DNA from: a virus
Lineage: Duplodnaviria > Caudoviricetes
Strand: one strand, 5' to 3'
Length of the DNA: 53,491 nucleotides
IMG/VR virus record: IMGVR_UViG_3300048999_000117
Location: 1 to 53,491 of that record
This document shows, in pieces, positions 52,596-53,491 of the stretch. Each line of letters starts with the position of its first letter. Position 1 is the stretch's first letter. Below the pieces are notes generated by a model that ran no database searches, was not told the DNA's origin, and worked only from the letters and a program-made list of their open reading frames with translations. Made by a program: the position numbers and the translations under genes.

Positions 52596-53267
52596 GTGAG
52601 CGTCAAGAGCGACCGGGCGAAGATGTCCGGGACCGAGCGGCGTGCGTTCCCGGTGCAGCTCGAAGTGCGCGCCAAGAAGGGCGTCAGCAACGTGTCCACG
52701 ATCGAGGGCTACGCCTCGGTCACTGAGACCCCGTTCGAGATGTGGGACTGGCTGGGCCCCTACTCGGAGGTTGTGCGGACGGGGGCGTTCGGCAAGACCC
52801 TCGCGGAGAATCCGCAGGTGCAGCTGCTGCTGAACCATGGCGGGCTGGCGATGGCGTACACGAAGGCGGGCTCGCTGCGCCTGGCGGAGGACGCGACGGG
52901 CCTGCACATGGAGGCCGACGTCAACGTCTCCCGCTCCGATGTCGGCGACATGGTCACGGCCATCGAGGACCAGGCCGTCGACGAGATGTCGTTCGCGTTC
53001 CGGGTGACCCGCCAGCAGTGGTCTCCGGACTACGACCAGCGGGACATCCTCGAAGTGGACCTGCACCGGGGCGACGTGTCCGTCGTCAACTTCGGTGCGA
53101 ACCCTGCTACTTCGGTCGGCGCGATGCGCGCGGCCGATTTCGACCACCTCGAAGAGGTGGACGCACGGGCGCTGTACGAGCGCCTGCAGCGTCGGTTCCA
53201 GCCCGTTGAGGCGGAGCCGCAGACGCTGTCGTTGTTCCAGGCTCAGGCCGCCCTTCTGGGCCTGTAG
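52596..53267 (+). CDS. HK97-family prohead protease
   Basis: IEGYASV, GAF.KTL, LLNH, L.EDATGL, MSFAF, VSVVNFGANP.T. Confidence 0.93.
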   Translation: MSVKSDRAKMSGTERRAFPVQLEVRAKKGVSNVSTIEGYASVTETPFEMWDWLGPYSEVVRTGAFGKTLAENPQVQLLLNHGGLAMAYTKAGSLRLAEDATGLHMEADVNVSRSDVGDMVTAIEDQAVDEMSFAFRVTRQQWSPDYDQRDILEVDLHRGDVSVVNFGANPATSVGAMRAADFDHLEEVDARALYERLQRRFQPVEAEPQTLSLFQAQAALLGL

Positions 53268-53356
53268 CCACACCTGACGCCTGCACCACCTGACGCGCCG
53301 GAGTCCACGCCGGAGCGCTCGTCGGCATGCCCGCACGAGCGCCACCACCTGGGCCA

Positions 53357-53482
53357 CCACCCGAACGGCACGCGGGCGCGACCCCAACCCATCACCCCAT
53401 GGAGGGAGCGAGCCATGCTCGCCTACCTGCGCAAGCAGATGACAGCCGCGCTCGAAGCCCGGGCCGCGCTGAAGACCGACCT
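53357..53482. repeat. Terminal direct repeat, right copy
   Basis: Identical to 1-126. Confidence 0.95.
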
Positions 53483-53491
53483 CGACGCCGT

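Overview
The window is an essentially complete, circularly permuted genome of a high-GC temperate siphovirus. The host is almost certainly Streptomyces, inferred from WhiB, DUF397/DUF5753, TraB and a terD-like fragment. The first 126 bp recur at 53357-53482, so the unit genome is about 53,356 bp. Gene order: HK97-type capsid, head-tail and tail genes (59-13957); lysis cassette with a papain-like protease, amidase endolysin, HAD protein, holin and collagen-like membrane protein (14031-17516); regulatory moron region (17701-22517); attP and tyrosine integrase (22655-24298); repressor/cro switch (24724-25949); early recombination and replication genes (DnaQ-like, YqaJ, RecT, WhiB, Rep; 26050-41590); packaging genes (HNH, TerS, TerL, portal, protease; 48069-53267). 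The stand-out feature is an apparently intact Streptomyces plasmid/AICE-type conjugation module at 41619-46631. It has a small RHH (Kor-like) repressor with palindromic operators over a promoter, spd-like membrane genes, a TraB/FtsK dsDNA translocase and a clt-like repeat cluster, but no replicase of its own. This suggests a phage that may also spread by hyphal conjugation. Other notable signals: attP carries a replacement 3' end of a host terD-family gene; a 10-bp-phased CTCTA motif occurs at both attP and the lysis/lysogeny switch; a PafBC-type DNA-damage promoter; one beta-sandwich domain present in both head and tail modules. All functional calls come from motif recognition by eye; no database search was run.
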